64,000 nt of DNA from Sphingobacteriales bacterium (GTDB lineage: Bacteria > Bacteroidota > Bacteroidia > Chitinophagales > Chitinophagaceae), in contig JADJGB010000002.1 of NCBI GenBank assembly GCA_016708305.1, forward strand, positions 65,330 to 129,329. Direction: 5' to 3'. The position numbers and the translations under genes were made by a program. The notes beneath the pieces were generated by a model, which was not told the DNA's origin, ran no database searches, and was given only the letters and a program-made list of their open reading frames with translations. Positions 1-12,332 of the stretch are shown piece by piece. How positions within the stretch are numbered: position 1 is the stretch's first letter; every line of letters begins with the position of its first letter.

Positions 1-150
1 ATCGTTAATAAAAAAGTAAGTTACGCATGACATTGAATTGTTAGTTAAAATTTAAGCAAGCAAGATAATCAATTTTGCCCATTAAAGGAGGCTCCTTTTC
101 GTGCAAACGATTGAATTTTTTGAAAATAAAAAGGTTCTGTTCAGATAACT

Positions 151-158
151 TAAATTTG
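151..158 (+). promoter_or_regulatory. Bacteroidota -7 promoter box (TAAATTTG)
   Basis: Matches the TAnnTTTG consensus just upstream of the ORF at 164. Confidence 0.5.
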
Positions 159-163
159 CTATT

Positions 164-625
164 ATGTTAAGCAATAAGAATCTGGTAGAAAGCTTTTTCA
201 AAAGTATGCAGAAGGGTGATTTTCGTGCCTTAAATGCATGTTATTCGTATGATATTATTTATAGCGACCCTATTTTCGGGTTATTAAAGGGCGATGATGT
301 AAAAATGATGTGGCAAATGTTGCTGGAGGGCGCTAAGAATATATCGGTAAAAATTCTGGAAATTGAAGATGTTGATGAAGAATATATAACCTGCCGTTAC
401 AGCATCAACTATTTTTTTGAACCAACAGGTGGAAACATCAGCAACTTGCCTAAGGCGTTTATGAGAATAAAGGATGAAAAAATTATTGAGCACAGCGATG
501 GCTACAGGCTCAGTACTTTTATAGCCGATACCTATGGGCTAAAGGGGCAGATTCTGGGTTGGTCGGGATTTATGAAAAAAAAGTGTACAGAGGAAATACA
601 GGAATATGCTGACTCAGTTTATTAA
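164..625 (+). CDS. NTF2/SnoaL-like family protein
   Basis: ~150 aa; FF..M..GD...L.ACY and YSDPIFG pattern typical of SnoaL-like proteins; the C-terminus may be frameshifted at the A-run near 575-582. Confidence 0.7.
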   Translation: MLSNKNLVESFFKSMQKGDFRALNACYSYDIIYSDPIFGLLKGDDVKMMWQMLLEGAKNISVKILEIEDVDEEYITCRYSINYFFEPTGGNISNLPKAFMRIKDEKIIEHSDGYRLSTFIADTYGLKGQILGWSGFMKKKCTEEIQEYADSVY

Positions 626-631
626 TATGTT

Positions 632-1180
632 CTAACAGTTCTTCGCAATTTTTTCAGCCAGCCATAAAAATTCGGCAACAAAGTTGTGAATATTATTATA
701 AAAATTTTCATCAATCAGGTTGCCATGAATGTCGAATTTCTGATCGGCTTTTGGCACCAACATTAATTGCGGCGATGCTATGCAAAACATGGCTGCGGAT
801 AAAAGAATCATTTGCTGCACACATCTCATGCCTCCCAGCGCACCTGTGGATACTGCCACTAAGCCAACGGGCTTATGCAATTGTTTGGAAAAATGGTCAA
901 TTAAGTTTTTCATTGCGGGTGAGTAGCTGCCGTTAAACTCCGGCGAAACCCAAATAAAAGCGTTAGCGCCAAACATTCTTTCTGCAAGAGGCTTAAACTC
1001 ATCCGGCGTCATTTCTACCGATTTGAACACTGACTGTAATGGCGGTAGTTGAAATTCTCTGCAGTCAATTAATCCTATTTCATGTTTAGTTGTCTCCTTT
1101 AACCATTTTTGTAATGCCAGGGCTACCCTTACCGATATACTTTCTTTTCTGGGGCTGCCCGAAATTATTTCAATTCTCAT
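632..1180 (-). CDS. NADPH-dependent FMN reductase (flavodoxin-like)
   Basis: ISGSPRKES and SPEFNGSYSPAMKN motifs, GALGG. Confidence 0.85.
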   Translation of the reverse strand: MRIEIISGSPRKESISVRVALALQKWLKETTKHEIGLIDCREFQLPPLQSVFKSVEMTPDEFKPLAERMFGANAFIWVSPEFNGSYSPAMKNLIDHFSKQLHKPVGLVAVSTGALGGMRCVQQMILLSAAMFCIASPQLMLVPKADQKFDIHGNLIDENFYNNIHNFVAEFLWLAEKIAKNC

Positions 1181-1315
1181 TCAGTTCGATAATTTTATTC
1201 TGTAGCAAACATAATAGTATTTTGTTCTGAGACATTATTTTTTTAACTAACATTTTTTCATCATTTATTGAGCCTGCTTATGATTTAAATATTAATTTCG
1301 TTATAAATCCTTTTT

Positions 1316-2350
1316 ATGCTAAATAGAAAACGTTTTTTGCAGATAGCTTCTTTGACCGGTGTGTCTTCTGTATTTTTCAATTCGCTGAACGGTCAAAAGA
1401 TTAAACCCAATCTCAATAATCCTGTAGTAATTTCTACCTGGGATCAGGGTATTGCTGCCAACAAAGGCGCTTGGGAAGTATTGAAAAATGGCGGGTCTGC
1501 ATTAGATGCTGTTGAAAAAGGAGTGATGGTTACAGAATCTGAACCAAATTGTTGCGTGGGCTTGCAGGCCAATCCGGATAGGGATGGCTTTGTAACGCTC
1601 GATGCCAGTATTATGGATCACCAATATAATTGCGGCAGTGTGGGTTTTTTGGAAAGAATAAAACATCCGATATCCGTTGCGCGGCGTGTGATGGAAAAAA
1701 CGCCGCATGTAATGTTAGTGGGGCAGGGGGCGCAGCAGTTTGCTGCAGCCGAGGGTTTCCCATTGGAACCTGAAGTGCTGTCTGAGGAAGCCCGGAAAGC
1801 TTATGACGCTTGGTTAAAAAACTCTCATTATGAACCGCAGATAAACCGGGAAAATATCCAGAATAAAGGACACGGTCCTTTTGCTCCCGCTAAATATGAC
1901 GATGGTAGCTGGAATCACGATACAATCGGGATGCTGGCAATGGATGCCAAAGGTAACTTAAGTGGTAGCTGCACCACCAGTGGCATGGGTTTCAAAATGC
2001 GCGGACGCTTAGGAGACTCGCCCATCATCGGTGCAGGACTGTATGTGGACAATGAAGTGGGCGCTTGTGTGGCCACCGGTCAGGGCGAAGATATTATCAG
2101 AGTGGCAGGCTCTCATAGCGTGGTGGAGATGATGCGTCAGGGACACAATCCTGAAACAGCCTGTAGAAAAATTATAGAAAGGATTGTGAAGATAAAGGGA
2201 GCAGATGCCAAAAAAATTCAGGTAGCCTTTATCGCCATTAATAAACACGGAGTAATAGGCACTTTTTCCATCCATAAAGGCTTTAGCTATGCACTGAAGA
2301 ATAAGGCTACCGAAAAATTGGTAAATGCGAAAAGCATTTTCAGGCAATAG
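1316..2350 (+). CDS. N(4)-(beta-N-acetylglucosaminyl)-L-asparaginase (Ntn hydrolase), Tat-type signal
   Basis: NRKRFL N-terminus; HDTIG autocleavage motif; GRLGDSPIIGAG; ATGQGE. Confidence 0.9.
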   Translation: MLNRKRFLQIASLTGVSSVFFNSLNGQKIKPNLNNPVVISTWDQGIAANKGAWEVLKNGGSALDAVEKGVMVTESEPNCCVGLQANPDRDGFVTLDASIMDHQYNCGSVGFLERIKHPISVARRVMEKTPHVMLVGQGAQQFAAAEGFPLEPEVLSEEARKAYDAWLKNSHYEPQINRENIQNKGHGPFAPAKYDDGSWNHDTIGMLAMDAKGNLSGSCTTSGMGFKMRGRLGDSPIIGAGLYVDNEVGACVATGQGEDIIRVAGSHSVVEMMRQGHNPETACRKIIERIVKIKGADAKKIQVAFIAINKHGVIGTFSIHKGFSYALKNKATEKLVNAKSIFRQ

Positions 2351-2432
2351 GCTGTAGGCTATAAGCAGAAGGCTTTTACATCAATGAAATATTGAAAAAT
2401 AATTGTAAGTACTTAAATAGAAATCATCAATC

Positions 2433-3156
2433 ATGTTAATCGAAATAGCTACTACCGATTTTGAATCTACCCGGCAGGCTGTGGCCGGCGGTGCCGACAG
2501 GATAGAGCTTTGTGCCAATCTGGGCGAGGGTGGCACCACCCAATCCTACGGAGTAATAAAAAACTGCCGCGAAAATTTTGGAGTTAAAGTTTACCCCATC
2601 ATCCGTGTACGTGGCGGCGATTTTTTATATACAGATGAGGAATACCAATGTATGTATGATGATGCCATGATGTGCAAACAATTGGGTTGCGATGGCGTGG
2701 TAATTGGTTTTTTGAAAAAGGACGGAACGATAGATGTGGAGCGTACTGCAAAAATTGTAAAGATGTGTATCCATTGGGCGTAACTTTTCATCGTGCTTTC
2801 GACAGGTGTAAGGATCCGTTTGAAGCTTTGGAACAATTGATTGAAGTCGGCTGCGAAAGAATACTCACCAGTGGTCAAATGCGTACTGCACCGGAAGGAG
2901 TGTCGTTAATCACACAACTGCAACATCAAGCCAGCAACCGAATCGTGCGATGCCGGGCAGCGGCGTAAGAAGCAATAATATCCGCCAACTGGCAGATGCT
3001 ACGGGCTGCACCGAGTTTCACACATCCTTGCGTGAATTGGTATTTAGCCAAATGGATTTTATTACGCCTGCCTTTAAAGATGACCCCGAAAACAATCATT
3101 ACAGCGTAAATGCTGAAAAGGTAAGAGAGTTGAGGCGTTCTTTGGAAAATGGCTGA
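2433..3156 (+). CDS. cutC: Copper homeostasis protein CutC, split into three frames
   Basis: GADRIELC, GGTTQS, IRVRGGDF in piece 1; TFHRAFD, RILTSG in piece 2; PGSGV in piece 3. Confidence 0.85.
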
Positions 3157-3161
3157 TTAAC

Positions 3162-4213
3162 TTACTGATTCAGCTTTTTGCAGATTTTACTTACGATGGC
3201 AGGGCCTTCATAAATAAAACCCGTCCAAACCTGAACTAAGGATGCTCCTGCTTTTAATTTTTCGCGGGCATCCATGGCGGTGAAAATACCCCCCGATGCA
3301 ATGATAGGAATTTGTCCATTGGCTTTTTCAAAAATATATTTTACAATCGCCGTACTCCTTTCGGTAACCGGCTTTCCACTCAACCCACCTGCACCCATTT
3401 TTTCAACCTCCTCAATCGGTGTGGTTAATCCAGCTCTGGAAATAGTAGTATTGGTTGCAATGATGCCATCTAACTTTATTTCGAGCGCCAGTTCTATCAC
3501 ATCATCTAATTGTGCCGGAGTAATGTCGGGTGCTATCTTGAGCAAAACGGGTTTGGCCACCGCCTTAGCATTATTCATCATGGCAAGGTTGAGCAATATT
3601 TTTTTCAAAGAATCTTTTTCCTGTAGTTCACGCAGGCCGGGTGTATTGGGGCTGCTCACGTTTACAGCAAAATAATCAACATAAGGATGCAGCTTATTGA
3701 AGCAGACAGCATAGTCATTCCAGGCTTCCTCATTGGGAGTAACTTTATTTTTACCAATATTCCCGCCAATAATCATAGGAAGCTTTTTGTTTTGCCGTCC
3801 TTCCTTTTCGCGCCAGTTTTTCAACCTTTCGGCAATTACATCAGCGCCTTCATTGTTAAATCCCATGCGGTTAATCAGCGCTTTGTCTTTGGCAGCCTGA
3901 AAAGGCGGGGTTTTTCATTGCCCACCTGTGCCAAAGGAGTAACGGTGCCAATTTCTACAAATCCAAAACCCAATGCCTCTAATTCATTCAGATAAGCGGC
4001 ATTTTTATCAAAACCGGCTCCAAGTCCCAAAGGATTTCTAAAATTCATGTTCAAAAATTTCACCTTAAGGCTCTTGTCTTTGGGCGTTAAGAAAAAGGTC
4101 AGAATGTTTTTTCCAAAAGGAATTTTGGCAAGAATTCGTAAATAATTCATTGCAAAATGATGCACTGCCTCCGGGTCGAAGAGAAAAAATATTTTTCGAA
4201 ATAGCTGATACAT
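3162..4213 (-). CDS. pyrD: Quinone-dependent dihydroorotate dehydrogenase, one frameshift near 3870
   Basis: NPLGLGAGFDKN, GTVTPLAQVGN, MGFNNEG, NVSSPNTPGLR, GGLSG motifs. Confidence 0.9.
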
Positions 4214-4286
4214 ATCTGCAAAGATAAAAGAAGTTGAAAACCATTTTGGAAGAAATAAAAGGCTTTATTATATTTGGAGATAAAAG

Positions 4287-5500
4287 TTGTTTATGCAACT
4301 TAAAAAACTTAAAAAATTAATGATGCAGGAAGCCTATATTGTAGCAGGATACAGAACAGCAGTTGCCAAAGCCAAAAGAGGCGGTTTCAGGTTTTATCGC
4401 CCTGATGATTTGGCAATAGAAGTAATTAAAGGCTTGATGGCCTCGGTACCCGAACTGGAGCCAAGCCGTATTGACGACGTACTGGTGGGCAATGCCGTAC
4501 CCGAAGCGGAACAGGGTTTGCAGGTAGGCAGAATTATTGCTGCAAGGGCTTTAGGCATCCAAACTCCCGGAGCCACCGTCAATCGTTATTGTGCTTCGGG
4601 CTTAGAAACTATTGCTATTGCCACTGCTAAAATCAGGGCGGGGCAGGCAGATTGTATCATTGCCGGTGGTACCGAGAGCATGAGTTTAGTGCCTTCCTCC
4701 GGATGGAAAACGGTTCCTGCATATTCCATTGCAAGCGATGAGCCGGATTATTATCTCAACATGGGGCTTACTGCCGAAGCCGTTTCAAAAGAGTTTAATG
4801 TGAGCCGTGAGCAGCAGGATGAATATAGCTATCACTCTCACCAAAAAGCGATTCATGCCATCCAAAACGGCTATTTCAAGGAGGGGATTTTACCTATCAA
4901 TGTGGAAGAAGTTTATTTGGATGCAAAGAATAAACGACAGGTAAAACAAAATGTGATAGACACAGACGAAGGACCCAGATCAGACACTTCGTTGGAGGCT
5001 CTGGCAAAGCTTAGACCTGCATTTGCAGCTAATTGCACTGTCACTGCCGGAAATTCTTCTCAGATGAGTGATGGCGCTGCCTTTGTGATTGTGATGGGCG
5101 AAAAATGATGAAAGAACTTGAGTTGAAACCCTTGGGAAGGTTAGTTGCCTGTGCTTCGGCAGGAGTGCATCCGCGCATCATGGGCATTGGCCCTGTGGCT
5201 GCTATTCCAAAAGCATTGAGGCAGGCAGATATGGGCCTTAATGAAATAGACCTGATAGAACTGAATGAAGCATTTGCCGCACAAACAATAGCAGTAATCC
5301 GCGAAGCCAAATTAAATCCTGATATTGTTAATATTAATGGTGGAGCTATTGCTTTGGGGCATCCGCTTGGTTGTACAGGAGCTAAGTTAACCATTCAGGT
5401 TCTCCATGATTTGAACCGATTGAATAAGTGTTACGGATTGGTAACTGCCTGCGTGGGCGGCGGCCAGGGTATTGCAGGCATTATAGAGAAATGTTTTTAA
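4287..5500 (+). CDS. Acetyl-CoA C-acyltransferase (thiolase), frameshift near 5105
   Basis: NRYCASG, ELNEAFA, GAIALGHPLG and CVGGGQG catalytic motifs. Confidence 0.9.
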
Positions 5501-5537
5501 GTAGGAATAATACATTATTCTTAATAATTACTTAATC

Positions 5538-6240
5538 ATGATAGCGCAAGCCCATTCATTTGTTCACATGCTTTTTATAAGCATCATCGCCTTGTTTCCT
5601 GTGGTCAATCCTTTTGGCTCTGCATTGATTGTAAGTCCTTATGTCTCACAACTTTCAGAACCTGATAAAAAAGCATCTGTAAAAAAAAATAACAATATAT
5701 GCTTTTTTTATATGCATTGTCTTTTTGCTGGGTGGTCATTGGATTCTTGAGCTTTTTGGCATATCGGTTCCGGTGATTCAACTGGCTGGTGGTATCATGA
5801 TTTGCAAAATGGGCTGGAACTCTCTTTCGGCAGGAACAGACAATCCTACCGAAAAAGCTGATGTAAAAGATTATTCAAAAACTAATAGCGGAGAAAATAT
5901 AAAAGACAGGCTTTTTTATCCGCTTACATTTCCGATAACTACAGGAGCGGGTACCATATCGGTGCTTTTTACTTTAAGCGCCCATAGCTCCAGCGCTGAC
6001 TGGATCAGCTATTTGATAAATACAATAGCTGTACTAACGGCAATAATAGTGATGTGTATTTTGGTATATATTTTTTATGTAAACACCAAAATCATTATTA
6101 ACAAACTGGGTAGTAACGGACAGGATATTGCCAACAGGATTATTGCATTCTTAATATTTTTCGTAGGCTTACAAATTGCTGTTACCGGAATAAAAAGCCT
6201 TTTCCCAATTGCGACCACACTAAAAGGCATCGCCAATTAA
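5538..6240 (+). CDS. MarC family membrane protein, frameshift near 5700
   Basis: VVNPFG, FGISVPVIQLAGG and PLTFPITTGAGTI motifs. Confidence 0.8.
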
Positions 6241-6380
6241 TTTATTCAGCTAATCTCGCTATCAGACAGATATAAGAAATGTTCCGGTTTTTAAAGTTTC
6301 CTTAAAGATCAGCCATTTTGACTAAACTATTAATAATCATTAGTAGCTTTATGTCCAATTTTAATCCTAAAAACTGATAA

Positions 6381-6773
6381 ATGAAAACGAAAATTTTCAC
6401 CACCACCCGCGTGTTCGCATTGGGTGTTATTAGCCTTGTAATTGTAGGTTTTAGCTCCTGCGCCCCGGCTTATTATCCTTATGATGACTATTATGGATAT
6501 TACCCAAATTATTATTACTCCCCCGGCTATTATGGGTATAACTACTATTACCCACGTGTTCGACACAGTGTTTTTGTAAACAGGCGATACGAAACCCGAA
6601 GGTATAATGCAAGGCGCAGCAATACGAATCCAAGGGTTTTTAGAAATGACTCCAGGAGCAATATAAGAACTCCACAGCGTAGTGCGCCATCAATAAGAAA
6701 TGTGGTGCCGCCAAGAGGCAGTGGCAACATAGGCCGTTCAGGTAGAAGCAGCAGTTCTGCAAGAGGAAGATAA
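6381..6773 (+). CDS. Hypothetical lipoprotein with Tyr-rich and Arg/Ser-rich low-complexity regions
   Basis: Signal peptide ending in lipobox FSSC, then a YY-rich segment and an R/S/G-rich tail. Confidence 0.6.
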   Translation: MKTKIFTTTRVFALGVISLVIVGFSSCAPAYYPYDDYYGYYPNYYYSPGYYGYNYYYPRVRHSVFVNRRYETRRYNARRSNTNPRVFRNDSRSNIRTPQRSAPSIRNVVPPRGSGNIGRSGRSSSSARGR

Positions 6774-7191
6774 CAAATATTGCAAAATGGGTTAATTTTC
6801 CTTTGATCAATAATATTGGTAACCTGCCGAACCTGTACGAAGTATAGATTTAGCAGACTTTTCTTTGTAATGCTGAAGAAAGTATTGGAAATTTAGAAAC
6901 CTTTCCCTGCCAATAGGGATTTTTAGCCCAAAAAACAAACCCTTGCCCTGCCTAAAACAGAATATAATCAATTACAATATTGATACAAGTAGAAGGCTTT
7001 TTGCATAAGCGAAAAAGAAGGCTTTTATTTTATAAAATACATCATATTGTAATATATTATATGTATTATTTTTCGCACAATTCATAAATAATTATGGAAA
7101 AAATGAAAATATTTCGCAAATTTTAAAAATTTATTGTAAATTATTTGGATATTAGTTTTCAAAAACTATACTTTTACATAAAATTAATAAA

Positions 7192-9377
7192 ATGTCATTA
7201 AGATTTAAAGCGCTTTCCAATCTTCAAACATCTCTGGAGGATCTTGGAAAAATATCACCACAAACCACCACTTATTTTGGCTCTCATGTATTTAATTTGA
7301 AAACGGCGCGGCAGTTTTTGAATGATGAGGCTTATAAAAGTCTGATAGCCTCAGGAAAACCAGCCACAAAATTGAACGTAGTATGGCCAACCAAATAGCC
7401 AATGGTATGCGTGCCTGGGCCGAGCAAAAGGAGCTACCCACTTTTCACACTGGTTTCAACCACTTAGCGGAGCCACAGCCGAAAACATGACTCGTTTTTA
7501 CGCTCAAAGGCGACGGAACTGCCATTGAGCAATTTGATGGGGATGCGCTGATGCAACAAGAGCCGGATGCATCCTCCTTTCCTAACGGCGGGTTGAGGGC
7601 TACTTTTGAGGCCAGAGGTTATACTGCATGGGATCCATCTTCACCTCCATTTATTATCGAAATGAACAGAGGGCGTACACTTTGCATCCCTACAATATTC
7701 ATCGCTTATACCGGCGAGTCGCTCGATTATAAAGCGCCTTTGCTCAAGTCAATTGAAGCGCTGGACAAGGCTGCAGTGGACGTTTGTTATTATTTTGACA
7801 GAAATATAGAGAAAGTGACACCCACTCTGGGCTGGGAGCAGGAGTATTTTGTGGTAGATGAAGGCTTGTATTTGGCACGACCCGACCTTCTGATGTGTGG
7901 TAGAACACTTTTTGGCCACAACTCTGCCAAAAATCAGCAATTAGACGACCATTATTTTGCCGCTATTCCCGAACGGGTGTATGCATTTATGCGCGATTTT
8001 GAAAATGAATGTTATAAATTAGGTATTCCACTTCGCACCCGTCATAATGAAGTAGCACCCGGCCAGTTTGAGTGCGCTCCAATATACGAAGAAGCCAACA
8101 TTGCAGTGGACCACAATACACTGCTGATGGATACCATGTCGCGCACTGCATTAAAGCATAACCTGAGGGTTTTGCTGCACGAAAAACCTTTTGCAGGAGT
8201 AAACGGAAGCGGGAAACACAACAACTGGAGTCTGGCTACTAATACAGGCATCAATTTGCTGGCACCGGGGAGAACGCCTAAAACCAACCTGATGTTTCTT
8301 GCGTTTTTTGTAAATACCATCAAAGCGGTACATGACTATGCCGATATTTTAAGGGCTTCCATTGCTTCTGCACAAAATGACCATCGTCTTGGTGCCAATG
8401 AAGCGCCACCGGCTATCATGTCGGTATTTATTGGCGAGTATCTTTTCAAGGCATTGAATGATGTTAAGGAACGGGTAAATGAAGGCATGGACGAGCAGGA
8501 TGAAACTATGCTGAAATTAGACATTCATAAGCGAATACCGGAAGTGCTTTTAGACAATACCGACAGAAACAGAACCTCACCTTTTGCGTTTACAGGTAAC
8601 AAATTTGAGTTCAGGGCAGTGGGTTCTTCGGCCAATTGTGCCTATCCGATGACCGTACTCAATACGATAATGGCAGAAACGCTGAACAAATTTAAAGAGG
8701 AGGTTGATGATCTTATTGAAAAAGGTGAGAAGAAAGAAATTGCCATCATGCATGTAATCAGAGAATATATAGTTGCCAGCGAAAGAGTATTATTTGAAGG
8801 GGATGGCTACAGTAAAGCCTGGGAAGAAGAAGCCGAAAAAAGAGGATTACCCAACCAGAAAACAACACCCCGGGCACTGGATGCCATGCTTGCTGATAAA
8901 AATATCGACTTATTTGTGAGCAATAAAATTTATACTAAAGCAGAAATTGAAGCAAGGCACGATATCGAGTTGGAGAAGTATATTAAAAAGGTGCAAATTG
9001 AAAGCCGCCTGATGGCAGAAATAGCTACCAGTATGATTTTGCCACCTGCTATTCGTTATCAAAACCTTTTGGCTAAAAATATTGCCGGCTTGAAAGGTGC
9101 AGGTTTGAGTGAAAGCGCCTATGCCAATCAAAAGCAGATTCTGGACAAAATATCCGAGCATATCAATAATGCCAGTGACTTAGTAGAACAGATGATAGAT
9201 GCCAGAAAATCGGCCAACAAAATAGAAGGCAACAGAGAAAAAGCCATAGCATACGAAGAAACAATTAAAGAAGCATTTTTCGAAAAAATTCGCCGCCATG
9301 CAGATAAACTGGAACTGTTGGTGGATGATAGAGAATGGTATCTCCCCAAGTATCGCGAATTATTGTTTTTGAGATAA
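7192..9377 (+). CDS. Glutamine synthetase type III, N-terminus frameshifted (7192-7550)
   Basis: QQEPDASSFPNGG, GWEQEYF, HNEVAPGQFE, GVNGSGKHNNW, DRNRTSPFAFTGNKFEFRA. Confidence 0.92.
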
Positions 9378-9505
9378 GTTTTTTTTAAGGGAAAAAATTT
9401 GTAACTTTAAAGTCTGTATTTTATTATGCGGTAATAAAATTCTTATTCAAAAATAATCACAGCATGAAAGGTTTGAGTAGCCTAAAAAAACTCACAAAAA
9501 TTAAT

Positions 9506-9711
9506 ATGGCAATTGTAAAAGTAATTGAAGTAATCCTTCATCTGAAAAAAGTATTGAAGATGCTATTGAATCTGATGTAGCTGAAGTATCAAAAACCGTT
9601 CGCAATATAGACTCTGTGTATGTAAAAGACATAAAGGCTCATGTAAAGGATGGCAAAGTGTCCACCTATGGTTGTATCTGCAAGATTTCGTTCAGGGTAG
9701 ATGCGGTGTGA
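9506..9711 (+). CDS. Dodecin-family small protein, not in the ORF track (frameshift near 9535)
   Basis: Manual translation: MAIVKVIEVI / SEKSIEDAIESDVAEVSKTVRNIDSVYVKDIKAHVKDGKVSTYGCICKISFRVDAV. Confidence 0.75.
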
Positions 9712-9725
9712 TATTTATTTATGAA

Positions 9726-9776
9726 GTCAGGGATTAATTAATAGGTTAAACCTGATTAATTAATCCCTGACTTTTT
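9726..9776. terminator. Intrinsic terminator hairpin with a long stem
   Basis: 17-bp perfect stem GTCAGGGATTAATTAAT ... ATTAATTAATCCCTGAC followed by TTTTT, just after the dodecin stop. Confidence 0.75.
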
Positions 9777-9816
9777 ACATAATTCTTTATAGTATTGAAA
9801 ACAAAATTCTTTGAAA

Positions 9817-9888
9817 TCACCCTTTCAAAAACTTATTAACGGCCTCTTCTTTAAATCTGGCATTTTTGCCGTCCCAGTTTAGGGTTTG
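9817..9888 (-). repeat. Left direct repeat: isolated copy of the last 23 codons plus stop of the Gfo/Idh/MocA gene
   Basis: 9820-9888 matches 22689-22757 at 65 of 69 positions; translates as QTLNWDGKNARFKEEAVNKFLKG*. Confidence 0.9.
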
Positions 9889-9929
9889 TTTTGAAAATAA
9901 CAAAGATGCTTACACCTGAGTGCCGGCTA

Positions 9930-11420
<1,491 letters not shown>

Positions 11421-11425
11421 TTTAT

Positions 11426-11974
11426 TTAAATAGATTTTGGGAATAAATATATATAATCCAAATGTGAGGACGTTCGGTGCAGAACAGTTAAATATTCATT
11501 TAATCGGGGTGCATACTGAATGTGATAATCTTCGTGAAGCTTTGTTTTTAAAATCGTTATTGCCTTTTTTACTAAAAGAAAAACCTGATAGTTATACTTT
11601 GTAAAGCATGTTGTAAACGAGTTGGAAGAGTTGGAAAATGGAATTTCCAGAACATCCAAAATCAATTCCATTTCAAGGGCTTTATTCCTGCATACTTTGC
11701 CAAATTCATTAATCCGTTTATTGCAAGCAGCAAACATATTTGCCAATTGCAATTCTTTAGAATATCCTTTGTAACTCTTTCTGTAAAGCATGTTTAAATC
11801 GCTCTTTGCGGTTTCAAATAAATCATGTTCACCATATTCTTTATCAATATAATTAATCAATAAATAATCGTGAAATTGTTTACTTGCTGACGCTGCTTTC
11901 AAAACCAATTTTTGCAACTCCCTTTTTTCTAACGATTCAATTTTGTCTTTAATAATAGGGTTTATTTTTGCCAT
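11426..11974 (-). CDS. Hypothetical protein directly upstream of hsdM
   Basis: 182-aa ORF ending 5 bp before the hsdM start; no motif recognised. Confidence 0.6.
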   Translation of the reverse strand: MAKINPIIKDKIESLEKRELQKLVLKAASASKQFHDYLLINYIDKEYGEHDLFETAKSDLNMLYRKSYKGYSKELQLANMFAACNKRINEFGKVCRNKALEMELILDVLEIPFSNSSNSFTTCFTKYNYQVFLLVKKAITILKTKLHEDYHIQYAPRLNEYLTVLHRTSSHLDYIYLFPKSI

Positions 11975-12092
11975 ACAATATTTGATTTATCATTGAGGTT
12001 TTCAAATTTTTATTATAATGTTTGCTTCCAAATTCTCTATATGATATTTACTATATTTTTACATTATTTATTGCCAAATTATTTTCCTTTAT

Positions 12093-12316
12093 TAGCTTCG
12101 TAGGAGCGTAATATTAATAAAAATAATTTATCTACCGCCATTATTATAGCTCCGTAGGAGCGTAATATTTTTAGGATTAACAATCACCGTTTTTTGTATC
12201 GCTCCTATGGAGCTATTAGGTTGATTATATTTACCTTGTCTATTAAGTTTACCCACCGCTGGGGCTTCGGTATCATTTGCCTCCTCTTTTATTAACCTTT
12301 CGCCCCTACGGGGCTT
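12093..12316. repeat. Dispersed REP-like palindromes in both orientations
   Basis: Plus-orientation copies at 12093 and 12147; inverted copies near 12199-12215 (tcgctcctatggagcta) and 12290-12316 (attaacctttcgcccctacggggctt). Confidence 0.8.
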
Positions 12317-12332
12317 GCGTATCATTTCCGTT

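Noticed and set aside
12128-12325. 65-aa ORF beside the array
   Set aside because: Built largely from REP copies and AT-rich filler; no recognisable domain
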